Assembly: GCA_044892525.1 (NCBI GenBank)
Contig: CM097885.1
Span: 126,480,001-126,544,000, forward strand
Direction of reading: 5' to 3'
Length of the DNA: 64,000 bases
Source of the DNA: Schmidtea polychroa
Taxonomy: Eukaryota
The notes beneath the pieces were generated by a model. It was given only the letters and a program-made list of their open reading frames with translations, was not told the DNA's origin and searched no databases. Shown here piece by piece: positions 11,916 to 24,300 of this stretch. How positions within the stretch are numbered: position 1 is the stretch's first letter; each line of letters starts with the position of its first letter. The position numbers and the translations under genes were made by a program.

Positions 11916-13292
11916 TTCCTAACTTAGTTGAAACAGTGGACCATAGTTATGTGAGAGATTTCAATTAGAAAATTTAGCTACGTTCATGATTCACAGTGAT
12001 TGAGGCGGCCACCACCAATTTTTCGTATCTGGAAAACTGTTATCCACCATAAGTCTGATTTTTAGCGCTAGTTCAGGCGACCGTAATCTAGAAATTCAAG
12101 TTCTTCAACCCTCATCACATCTTGAGATTCAACCATCTACTCGATTTTTCCGAAAGAATCATCTTAATTCGAGCATTTTACTCCAATACCTGATAATTAG
12201 CTGATAGGGTAGTATGAACAATTCATAAGAAAAAATCAAAACACAAAACTTCCAATGTAACAACACTTTATTTTTGAAAACGCTAGTTAACCAAAATATA
12301 TTTACTTACCAAATATGACCGAAAATTAGCCGTCGGAGCAAGATTCATGGTCGTCTTTTAGATAAGTAGTCCGATTCCCTGTCGTAGAATATATCCAACC
12401 TTAGAGAAAGCCCCGCAGTCATAAATCCAAATTCTGCAGGCGAAAGCGAGTAAACGGAGATGAACTGACAAACACATAATGTTTCAGATATTGTCACCCG
12501 GTAGAATCTCATCCAACTACCCATGTGTGAATGCGAAATACAATTGATATCGACAGTAGACACAGATAAGCATCCATGAGAATAGCACAGGACTACCAGC
12601 TTATCATGATCAGCGAGAGTATTTGTTGTAATATGTGTGCGACATGAATTATTAGATAGACAGCAGCCGGTGAGTGGAATCGATAACTATCACCGTGCAG
12701 TACACCGAACCGACCAATAAATCACTGACTTTTATCATGGTGCGAAAGTGTCTCGTGACACTGATAATGAGTAACAAATTAATCCGCTAGTCGACTTGGG
12801 GGTCAACTTTCTACTGCAAATTATTCTTGTAATGTTCACGTTTTTGACCACAATAATAATAAATAAACTGCCCTGCGTATATTTAGATCCTCGGTACGAA
12901 AGATATTAAATGGGAGAAAGAAATGCCAGTTGGGGAATAATTCGTCTCGACTATGTTAACTATAATAGTCTTGGGTCGAGGTCTAATAATGAATTGAGGG
13001 CTTAAGGGGGAATTCGGTGAGTATTGAATTCATTAATAGTACAATTGCCACCCCGGTCACGGATTTTGCATTTGTCAATACAATCGTGCATAATTATGTA
13101 AATAAAATTATGTAATAAATCTAGCAGTAACGAATTATTTACCTGAGATTGTAAGTTTCTTACTTGTCAGTATGGTCTCTTTATTTTGTTGTAAGTATCA
13201 AATATGAATAAATAATCTGTAGAGTAGAGTGATGTCTTCATAAATGCCGTATATTTGTATATCAATTTTCTTTTCTTTTCTAGCTAATTGTC

Positions 13293-14042
13293 ATGCTACC
13301 GAATAATCGACCAGCATTACGTCCTTGTTTCTCCTGCGCCGATAAAAACTCTATTATCAAGGATCTGCAGGACCAGATCGGTCGATACAAGAAGAAGATC
13401 GACGAGCTGGAAGGCACATGGTTCAGCCCAGTGCAAATGAAGGAGGTTCGAAAGAAATTACATCGCAGTGAGCATTGTCGGGATGCCCTGATTTCTGAGA
13501 GCCGTTCCCAACGGAGCTTGATAAAGGAGCAATCTGAAGCGCTCCACAAAGTATATTTACAAGCAGCAACTACGAGGCAATTAGTCAGTATACCCATTCA
13601 CGAAGCGGACAATGTTTTCCCAATGCATCACGACACCTCGTTTAAGTCGTCACCTCCGGCCAAGAAGTCTTGTCGGGAATGTGTTGAAGCCGACCTCTCC
13701 CCCAGGCATCCAGATATCGTGTTACCCAAAATCAGTAAGGTGCCAATCGCCGGTACCTCTACCTCGGCGGTACCTCCGATTAGTCAGGTGGCACCAAAAC
13801 CCAAGCGACGGCAATTGTCGAGAGCCGATCGCAAGAGAAAACAGCGAGAGCGCGCGGCCGCCAAGCACAACGAACAGCCAGCGGAGAATCCTATTAGTGT
13901 TCAGCACCTTCCGACGACAATTGATCTGACCATTGGGGTCCCAGGGCGAATTATCTCCGCCGCTGGAGTGACCTGGGAGGAAAATGCCTCCGAATTCTTT
14001 GATTTGGAAGAGTTGTTGGCCGACACTGAGTGGGAAAAATGA
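13293..14042 (+). CDS. 249-aa protein of unknown family (CxxC, coiled coil, CxxC, basic NLS-like, acidic-aromatic C terminus)
   Basis: Open 249 codons; ~85% aa identity to the 62150 (-) ORF over residues 11-95, with many synonymous differences; Y-tract-TAG acceptor 9 nt before the ATG; AATAAA at 14164. Confidence 0.85.
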   Translation: MLPNNRPALRPCFSCADKNSIIKDLQDQIGRYKKKIDELEGTWFSPVQMKEVRKKLHRSEHCRDALISESRSQRSLIKEQSEALHKVYLQAATTRQLVSIPIHEADNVFPMHHDTSFKSSPPAKKSCRECVEADLSPRHPDIVLPKISKVPIAGTSTSAVPPISQVAPKPKRRQLSRADRKRKQRERAAAKHNEQPAENPISVQHLPTTIDLTIGVPGRIISAAGVTWEENASEFFDLEELLADTEWEK

Positions 14043-14323
14043 GAACTCTCTGTCCGTTCAACCCGCTTCGAAAGACGAATATCAATGTTTCTTTTCTTAT
14101 TTTCTCATCATTCATGTATAACTGTGCGTTGTAAATTATCTACGTTTTATCCCATTGTGAGGAAATAAATCATGTTTGTTACTAATGTTCTTATTAATTT
14201 TGTAAAGTTTATGACTTAGATTTTAGTCATTCTAATCAATATCAGTAGAAATCTTTACAGGATCTATAAGTATCTTCTAAGTCCTGGTTGTTAGTTTGAA
14301 CGAACGGTCTGATGATATGAGTA

Positions 14324-14590
14324 GACGTAAGTCCTTCTATCGGCAGTCAAGGGAAGGAAGTCGAGGCCTCAGTGAGGAGTAGTCCGAAGGTAGGGGCTCA
14401 CCTGCTTACTGGCGTTTCGCTGACATAGTACATTACCAACGTGAAGCGATTCACGGGTACTATGCTGGAATATAAGTTGTGCGGGGTACCGCTCGGAGTT
14501 ACCAAGGGAATGGATAAAACAGACAAAGTAGACCATCATCTCCTAGGCGAAAAGTCAAATGGTAGAGGTGAGTCCGAGTAGTGCCCCAGC
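14324..14590 (+). ncRNA. Conserved structured RNA module (3' module of element A), family unknown
   Basis: GAC(GUAA)GUC and GUGAA(GCGA)UUCAC GNRA hairpins; CAUAGUAC/GUACUAUG helix is CGUAGCAC/GUGCUAUG in copy B; the first 26 nt are identical in both copies. Confidence 0.65.
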
Positions 14591-15318
14591 ATATACTACC
14601 CAACAATACCAATGGTAATTAGTTACATGTATCATCATGATAAATTTAGATGTGAGTTTTTGTTGTAATTATCAAAATAATGTCATAATTAGAAATTTTA
14701 AACTACCCACTACCAGTACACCACACAAATTGTCCAATTAACTTACATAGTGCCGTTTCATATACATATGAAATAGCGACGAGATACACACTAACCATAT
14801 TAATTGGTGCAAAACCTATGTGAGAACATTTAGCTTCGTTGTAGATTCCACTCGCGTCCATTTTCAACTTCATTCGTGTAAAATACAGTGTAATAGAATA
14901 TATTTTCGTAGAAATTGAATTTCATTTTTTTTCACCAATTCATTTTACCCAGTCAAGTCAAGTAACTAGATAATGGCTTTGGAAATCGTAATGCAAGAAA
15001 AATTATATTTTGAAATATTTTTGATTTAAACTTAAGCCTATAAATAAAAGTATAAAAAGACAGAAATGGAATTAATTTTTAAATGGTAAAATAAAATATA
15101 TAATGAAATAAAACTTACATATTTGATATTTATTAGGAATTCTTATAAATTTATTTTCATGAGTATTTTGAATAAAAAAATTAATTGTTTTGTTTTGATA
15201 TGTTAACATAAATTTTTTAAAGTTTTAATTTTTATATTAAATAACAAATGGCGATTTATTAATATATATTTATTGTAGTCTTTAATTAATTTTATTGTGA
15301 TAAATATTTAGATATTTC

Positions 15319-18300
15319 ATGCCCTGCAAAAGAAGCCGTAGAAGTTCCAGCGTAAGTGATGAAAGTGTATCTATCACAGATTATAATGAAGATTCAATAC
15401 AGTCTGCTTCAAGTAGTATTTCTACAAGGAAAAGGCGCAAGACTATTGATTCTCGTTTAGAAGTAATTTTGAGAAAATTATTTAAATCAAATTAATTTTT
15501 AATTAAAATTAACTCTAAAATAGATTGGCCACTGTCAAGAAATTTTAGATAAATTGAGGAATGCCAAGGCTGAAGATGGTCACTTGATAGCTGATTCATT
15601 TATTAGATTACCGAACAAACGAACAGCATCTGATTATTATGAGATCATCGATACGCCAATTGACATTATCAAAATTCAGTCTCGCATTAAAAACGATGAA
15701 TATGAAAATTTCTTTGATTTTCAGATAGACATTGAACAATTAGTTGAAAATGCTAAAACATATCATTCACCTTCATCACTTGAATATCAAGATTCGATTC
15801 TATTGTGGAATGCATTTGAACAAGAAAAACGAAATATTTCCATAAAAGCTGATGTAAAGGCAGAAAGCAGTAATGATATTATTTCAAAGTAAGTTGAGAA
15901 CATTAATTAATTACTTAGGCGCTGAAGGTCGACCTAGACGTAGTAGAAAACGAATAGCTATATCTATTGATGATGGAATGAGTGATCAAATTTCTCTTAC
16001 AACTTCTGAAGATTCTAGAAATACGTCAGAAATTAGTAGCAACTTTTCCGAAAATCCACTTGAAGCTTATTTTACTTCCATCGTTACTCAAAAAACCGAA
16101 GATGGTAGAGATGTGGTTGGAGCTTTCACTTTTATACCATCAAAGACTGTGAGATTTGCTAATTAAATTAAATTACTTTCATAATAATGTTAAAAAACAG
16201 TTATAGTTATTGAAATTGCATTATTTACTTAAGTTTTTATTCTTATTTTTCCTTGTCATTATAAGAATAATCATTAAAAATTTATTTGTCCATTGATTTA
16301 AATTCTTTTTTTTTCAATGAAAATGGATCAAGAAATTACAATAAATAAATTAATTATTATCATAAAAGTAAGATGGATAAATTTTGGTCAGTAGATTAAA
16401 TATAAATGAAGGTTTATGAAAATTTAATTTTTTAATAATATCAGTGGCTAATTAGTATAATGAATATTTGCATTATTCCTCACACCAAGTTCTGTACCAA
16501 ATAATATTGAATAAATTAATTTATTTATATGAACACCTAGGTTAAGTTAATGAGAAAAAACATGAGAAAAAGTACTGAATTTTAAAAGCCTATAAAAGAT
16601 GAGTTTCTTGAAGCCTGGACAACTTCAATGTTTCAAGAAGGGACTTTTCCTTTTCATATGTCAATAGATTGTTAAAATTAAATCAATTTAAGGTGTTGTC
16701 AGTTAATTAACCCGATTGAAATTTTATAATGAGAAATTATGGTATTACATATGACAAATAATAGCCCGGATTATTTTTATTCATTTTTCGTAACAGGAAC
16801 TGTAAACATAAAACAATTTCATGTCTCATGACAAATTCCATCAAATACCCATTACTGTGGTAAATCTCGACTGACTTGATTCCGTTTCCTTTGCTATTCC
16901 TCAGACACATGTTAAAAATGTTAAAAATTGTCGCGTTATATTCGGGCTAATGCGGTAAATGTAATGATATATTATTGTCTGAAAATGAAGAGAAAGAAAA
17001 TTGAATAATTATATTTTCGCAGTAGTTACTTTTGAAACTTTTAATTTATATAATAATTTTATTAATTTAAAAAATTTGTTGTTTGCTAAATTCAATGTAT
17101 TAAATCAATGATGAGCAACATGTGGCGTAATAAGAAAATATATACAAAAAATAAACTGTTAAATAGTAACATTAGTTGTCAATCTATATATTTATAATAG
17201 ATATGTACAAGTATTTTTGTATTTTTGAAAACGATGTGACTCTGCATTCTTTTTTAAACTGTGGGTTTCCAGAGAACCGTAAATATTAAAACTATGAGTT
17301 AACATGCGCCGACCCACCGAGCTTGATGCGTTAAACAATGAGAGAAATTGAAACACTTATCTCTGTACCTCTTATGGCCATTGAGCAAAACAATCTTTAA
17401 ACCAAGAGAAACATATATGATGTCTAGTTGGTTCTACGTCTACTCTAATTACATTGCATCACCCGATATTCTGAATTAAATCAATACACCTGTTTGCAAT
17501 GAATAAAAGCATCTATTTAGTAACAAAGTAGGTATAATATTATTAAGAGAATGTATATGCGGCTCGAACGAAACAAACCAATTAAATTTCCAAAAAATAT
17601 TTTTTGTAGTTTTTGTCTTTTTAAAATTATGTATAAAATTATATACCAGGCGTATCCACAGTATCAAGAAGTTATAAAGGAACCAATCGATCTTAGAACA
17701 ATAGCAAAACGTATTAAATCAGGCGTTTATTTGAGTATTGACGATATCGAAAGCGATTTACAGTTAATGATAAAAAATGCGAAAATATTCAATGAACCCA
17801 AATCGGAAGTATTTCAAGTAAAAAATTTTTAAACCAAAATGTCAATTTGTACTCAATTGGATTTATGAAATTAGAATGCAGTGGAATTGCAGAAAATATT
17901 GAAAATGAAACGAACCGAAATGGAAACCGGGGTGAAAACTCAGAAAGCAAAACGGTACTAGTGTTAATTCACTAATTTGAAATATGAAAGTAAACTTATC
18001 TAGAGGACGTAAACGGAAGACTCCACTTAATTTGACGGAGAAATATGCAAATATGGAGTCACCAAAAGATAGCGATGAATTTGACAGCGAAGAACCAGAG
18101 GATAGTTTGGAAAATAGTGTTGATTATGACGAAGAGTTGAATATTCCTCCGGCTGATAGTCGATTTCCACAATGGCAGTTGTATAAAACCATTACCGGTA
18201 TTACTCTGAGTAACGGGAACAGCCTATGTGCTCCGTTTATGAAACTGCCATCTAAAAAGTATTTTAATTGGTTAATACAATATGTGATAAAATGAACTAG

Positions 18301-21300
18301 AATATATCCCGATTACTATTTGGAAATCCTTGAGCCTATGTCGCTATTAATGGTGAAAGCCAAAATAAAGGTTTCTATCAGATATTATAATAAAAAGTCT
18401 AATGCTTTGTTTTTTATATTATCAAGAAATCTCTCTATCAGGACGTCGAACAAACAGTAAAAGATATGGATCTCGTGTTCAACAATGCCCAACAGTTCAA
18501 TGTTGAAGATAGCTCTATCTACAAGGAATCTGTACGACTTCAAAATTTGGCCCATATGAAGAAAGAAGAATTGACAGGAACAGCGCCTCAGGTGAATTTA
18601 TTTGATATTTATTATTTTATTCAATATTTATATTATTTTGAAACCGTGACCAGAAAAATCCCGAATTTTAATTAAATATTTCACTAACGTTGATTTGTTC
18701 CACGAATCACTTGTGATTCAACAGCTTTGAGCAATGCGCATCATATGTGATAAACAGATCTAACTGAAAAATACTTTGTTTCAGTTTTTTTACCTTCCTC
18801 TCGCATACCTACTTCATAGGTAAATCAATCATTTTCAACAGTTTTTGTCCCGTTTAGTACATATGATTCAAATGGTTATACATCATATTTTATACATATA
18901 CATCTTTGAGCGTATTCTATGTCATATATTGACGCCAAAATGAAATATTATATTAATATTAATCCGTGTATCACATATGATACAAAAACATTAAACAGAA
19001 ACGGCCATGCATCACATGTGATGTGTAATCACTGAGCGAATCATATACGATAAGTAAAATGCACATTTTATGTATTTTATTAATATTAAACTGTTATTTC
19101 CTAACATATCCGATACACATATATATATATATAACATATATATAATCAATTTTTTTTACTATTTTCTAATCCTTCATGTTAAATATTACATTTTAATTTA
19201 GGATCATTTTACAAATCTTAGTTCCAAGTTTAAATCTAATTTGATATTAAAACTAAATGGCACATTTACTGATTTGATTTATTCATTTTATATTTTATAT
19301 ATTTTTAATCCACCTATTAAATAAAAACATTTTTTGAAATTTAGATCTTAGATTTCTTTTCACCTTAATATCAATTATTAGAATATAAGTTCTAATTGAA
19401 AAATACTTCAGTTTTTTGCCTTCTTGCACATACCTACTTCATAGGACATTTATAAAATCGATCATTTTCGACAGTTTTTGTTCCGCTTTCCAAACATCAA
19501 CAGCTCATCAATTTTACATTTATTCCTATAGCTAAGCTTCTAAATTGATCAATTTATTACAACTTTTAATTTCTTATTTTTGGAAACTAAATTAAAAAAA
19601 ATATTGGAAATAATTATGAATTTATAGTTGATAGCGAATTTTATCAGAACTTTATATTTTGCTTATAAAAACAGTTGAAAATAAATTTTCATTTCAATGA
19701 ATTAGGATGATTATATGGATGAGTTATTACCTTTGATCCCTCAATCGTTACCCGCTATTCTTCCAGAAATATTCAAGGTATATGGACATAATCTTTGTTG
19801 TCTTAAATTAATGTTTTAATGTCTACATATTTGTGAGAATAATATATAACTAAACACACTAGTTCGTCTTTAAATACTCATTCATAATTGGTTGTTTATA
19901 GTTTTCAAGCGAAAATTCCAATAAAAAACGACCGAGTAATAATTTCAACAAATTAAATCCCGTATTACCAACCACGCCAAATGCACCTCGTAGAACTAGA
20001 CCCCCAATGACTCCAGAAGAATTGAAACAGAAAAGAATTAATAATTTATTCCAATCAATTTATAGCTATCAAGAAGATAATCGATATCTCAGAGATATTT
20101 TCATGACTTTACCATCTCGGGAACAATATCCAGACTATTACAAAGTAATACCAGATCCAATAGATTTGACAATGATTCGTAAAAAAATTGATGAAAAGAA
20201 AGTAAACATTCTTTGAAAATTGACTTAGTTTAAACGCAATATATAGTATGAATCTCACATGGATTTAGTTGACGATTTGAAATTGATATTCAGTAATGCT
20301 AAACATTACAATGAACAAACGTCACAAGTATTCAAAGATGCAGTAACATTGGAGAAAATAATGAAAAAGAAAACCAAAAACATTGCAGCTGCATGTTCAA
20401 ACAGCTCACGGGGTTCTCGAAAAAAGTAAAGTTATAATTTCTTTGTTTTTATTACTTACAAATTGTAAGGAGTGAATCAAATGTCTGTATTCCTCCCGTG
20501 GCAATATCTCCCGTTTTTACACCTCCACTGAACGCTAACACTCCCCATTACCGAGTAAGAGAATTATTTCAAACTATCAAAGAATATCGCGATGTAAATG
20601 GCCGATTGTTATCTGAACCGTTTATTCGGTTACCATCAAAAACAGAAATGCCAGAATATTACGAATTTATCAAAAAGCCAATTGAACTACAAACAATACA
20701 ATATAGAATTAACAATGATCGTTATCAGACAGTTGAAGATCTTATGTCAGAATTCGTTCTCATGTTCGATAATGCATGCAAATTTAATGAACCAGATTCA
20801 CAAATTTACCGTGTATGTTATTGATTTCTCTGTTTCTCTTCGTTTTAATACCACATTAGGATGCTCTCATTCTACTAAGAGTTGCCTTAGAAAAAAAAGC
20901 TTTCCTAACAAAAGATGATAATTTATCTGAACCGCCAAATGTGCAAGATGTCTCCCATGAAATAATGTTCACTTTGTTTTCCCAATTTTACAACTATGTC
21001 GATGAAGACGGTCGATATTTGGTGGATTCATTGAATGATATTGATGGGGAACTGATAACTAGAAAAGCATTCGGAGAGAACGCATCTGCTCCCGTTGATT
21101 CGAATTTTGAGACTTGTAGATTGAATTTAGAGACAATTAAAAATGATCTCACTAAACGTCGATATAGAAGAATGGATCGATTACAGGAAGATGTTTTCTC
21201 GTTTTTGAAATTTGTTCGCAATGTTTCACCGTTGAATTCTCAGGTGATAATTGAATCTAAATATTTTAAATGAAATAATTATTGTTCATTCGATTTAAGG

Positions 21301-24300
21301 CCTACGAAGATGCTTATGAGCTACAGAAAATATTCATAACATTAAGAGATGTTCACTGTAAGCGAGGAGAGATTTTGTTAACTCCGGCCTTAAATTATAT
21401 CGAGCGATATCTGCATCAAGATATTGAAATTGAAAATAAAGAACGCAAGTTTCAGGAGGTTATCACAAAAGACAACAATGATAATCAATTTATTGAACAA
21501 GTAATTATATTTGGTTTATATTTTATTGTAATTAAATCAATTTTTTATTAATCAAATTATATCTTTACAATCTTTTATTTAACTTGCTCTGTCTGTTACA
21601 TTCAAATTGAATTTTTCAATAATTATTTCCTATTGCTATGTAAACATATTATTTCATTTGATATAAAAAAATTTTAACTTTTAAAATTGAGGTTAAAGTT
21701 TTGTAGATCCGAGTTTTACAGCATAGTTGAAATGACAAAAATGTAAAACCAAATTATGCTGCCTACTAACCTGCTACGACAAAAGGCTTATAGTAAAATT
21801 TTGGATATTAAATAATAGTGAACAACAATCGGTCAAATCAAATAAGTTAAAGATTATCTAAGCAGTGCTTCTCAAACTTTTCTGTGTCGCGGACCGGTTA
21901 TTTTTTCCTAATCCAAAAACATAAATTTTAATTAGTAATATTTATTAAAAAAGTAACAAATAAACAATATAAAAAAATTATTAACGAAATTAGGTTTCGT
22001 CTGCATGCAATAAATTGCAATTAATTCCTAAAAAATGCATCGAAAATTGCAATAAATAGAAGTTATCGAAAACACACGCTTAATAAAGCACTGATCTAAA
22101 TTATATTAACCGTAAATTTATACAAAACCTGCACAAAATACATAATTTAATGTTATTTATTCCGCTGATACGAGATTCTATTGTAATTCAACTTGTTGTA
22201 TATTTCATAAATCTCAAAATCCTAACAACATTAAACTTTTTACAGTTTCTCAATAACAATGTTTTCTTTTCTTATTTCATTATCTAAGATAAAAAATAAA
22301 TTTCTGAATTTTGATTCTTCATATCAAGGTTCCTCGAGCCTAAATATATATCTCGCAAAAATTTGGAATAAATTTAGAAAATTGAACATATTCTACTTCA
22401 TAATGAAAGACGAGCGACGGTTAAACTTCATTAAGTTTTATGACGTCAAGAACAGGCGAAGATTTTTATACCTAGAAGTTGGGTACAGCAATAAAAGTCT
22501 TTAACAAGTGCCAATATTTTTTAATGAGGGAGAAATACTATCTCTCATCCTGTGCGCATGAACGAGATATGGTAGATGGAATTGTTTTTACCTGATTCGC
22601 TGATATTTCTTTAATAACATTTTTTATTTATTAAATACCCAACCTAAAAATAAGCTAAGTGTTCCGTCGCTGAAAAAGTTTGATAAACCCTACTTTATAT
22701 TAAAATTATGTATGTGTTGATAGGTTTTAATAAATTCCATTTCCAGTAATTTTTCTGGCAATATTCTTTTAATTATTCTAATAATTGAAAAATCATAATT
22801 TTCCTTTCATTTGATTTTTCTTATTCGTTTTTTTTATTGTATAAATCAATATTTTTATTCGGTTCACATCGTTTGGCTCTGTGCTCGTGGGGGAGTTTTG
22901 AACCCACTTGTCTACACCTCTGATAGTAGACTCTAGTTTGTGCAAAATGTAACATTTATTCCCTGAAACAGTTATGTTTGTAATTGTGCATGCATTTTAA
23001 CACAAAGATTTTAATTGTAATTTATTTATCTATGACTTAGGCAGTTAATATTCAATTTATTAATTTTATTTCAGATGAAAAATGATAACAATTATAGGAT
23101 GCTTGATTCTGTAAACCGACAAGATAACAGTTTTGAAATTGGTGAATTTGTGCGAATTCAATGTCCTGGAAGTGCTTCACATAATATTGGAGAAATAACA
23201 GCGATTATGGTGCCGAACTCTGATGGAATTCACGCCGACGATAGCAATTCAGATGGCTGTATAATTAGAATAAAATGGTACTATCATCCTAGACAAACGA
23301 AACATAGACAAAGTCGACGATTCATTGACAATGAAGTGTTCCAAACATGTGTCTATGATTCTGTTCCTTTAAATCAAATCGTGAGCAAATGCTTGGTGTT
23401 ATATATTAAGGATTTCATTAAATACCTTTGCAAAGTAAGTTTTTGATTTTTTTACAAACTTTTCTATCATAGGCTAGTGTTAAATTAGTAGAGCACAATT
23501 TAAAATAATTTCAGTAGAACCAACGAAAATGATGTGATTTCTATGATAATTGTTAGAAGAATTATTTCAATTGTATTTGTGCGTTGTTTAAATATTTAAT
23601 ATTTTTGTGGGTGTTTTAATTTTTTTAATCATTAATTTACAGTTGGATTAGTTTAATTATAATTTGTTGTTTTGTTTAAATATTTGAAATTTTAGCATAC
23701 TTTTAAAAATCAAATTTTTAATTTTCAACATTATATATTTATGAGTTATCAAATCTCCCGAAAAATATATTTGAATTTTCGGATAAATGTTTGTTTAACC
23801 CTACACTGCATATTGTATCACTGGTGATATACAATTATCTTATTAGAATAAAAACTGTCTCGCTCTTGTTCTCGGTAAATGTTCAGTTTAAGTGAAAGTG
23901 TACAAAGTACTTAGACAACAATCAGTTATACGCTTTGAATTTTTTATATAAAAAGCGTAAGTTGAGTTAAATTTGTTTAATAATATACTACATTTTTTCC
24001 TATCAAATATAAAAAGTCATGCAGTGTAGGGTTAAATTAGTGGCGCACAATTTAAAAATATTTTAAAATCAGTGAAAAAAGTCTGATTTTCTTTGATAAT
24101 TATCTATTTCATAATATTCAAATTAATTTTGGTTGTTTAACCATTTAAAGTGCGGAATTAAATTTTATATAAAGTCAGGAATTAGTTCCTAATCGGATAT
24201 AATTGATGACAATTTTTAAATTATCACAAGTTTCTTTGTAATTAATCGCATCACACGCTTTATTTATGCAAAACCATTGTTTGTTAAACCATTTAACGTG

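Larger units (their letters stand above)
11620..14590 (+). mobile_element. Unclassified ~3 kb element, copy A (5' RNA module, spacer, ORF behind splice acceptor, polyA signal, 3' RNA module)
   Basis: Colinear homology with 60855-64000 (-): conserved at 11779-11915, 13281-14042 and 14324-14590, with only short shared motifs in between. Mobility is inferred from the two dispersed copies. Confidence 0.7.

Noticed and set aside
11835-11935. HDV-like ribozyme fit for the 5' module (GCUUCCUCACGGGUCCGUCGCU resembles HDV P3/L3/P1; GCGGCGG/CCGUCGC is a 7-bp P1-like helix)
   Set aside because: P3 is weak, and no P4, J4/2 or P2 3' strand is conserved after GAAGG in both copies. Kept only as a hypothesis for the cleavage assay.
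13280-13929. Overlapping alternative-frame and antisense ORFs (13280-13597, 13612-13929, 13722-13907, 61546-62193 and similar)
   Set aside because: Shadows of the GC-richer real ORF; the synonymous-change pattern supports only the 13293/62150 frame.
13293-14042. Homology of the orphan ORF to hepatitis delta antigen (KKIDELEGTWF, PPAKK, basic patch)
   Set aside because: Spacing differs, PPAKK is not kept in copy B, and the element is not rod-like; such similarity is expected among coiled-coil/NLS proteins.
14309-14335. CTGATGA as a hammerhead core (also at 3319, 39500 and 50513 on the minus strand)
   Set aside because: No stem II followed by GAAA; the 14309 site is not conserved in copy B.
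14324-14590. Group I/II intron, RNase P/MRP or telomerase RNA identity for the modules (UAGUCC, GUGUG, GGGGCUCA, CUAACCCU in copy B)
   Set aside because: Only isolated short matches: no P7 partner, no domain V, and the MRP-like and template-like words are not conserved between copies.
22860-22940. tRNA gene on the minus strand (GGGTTCAAAACTCC B-box-like); similar weak case at 48830-48910
   Set aside because: No complete cloverleaf or acceptor stem; at most SINE-like debris.
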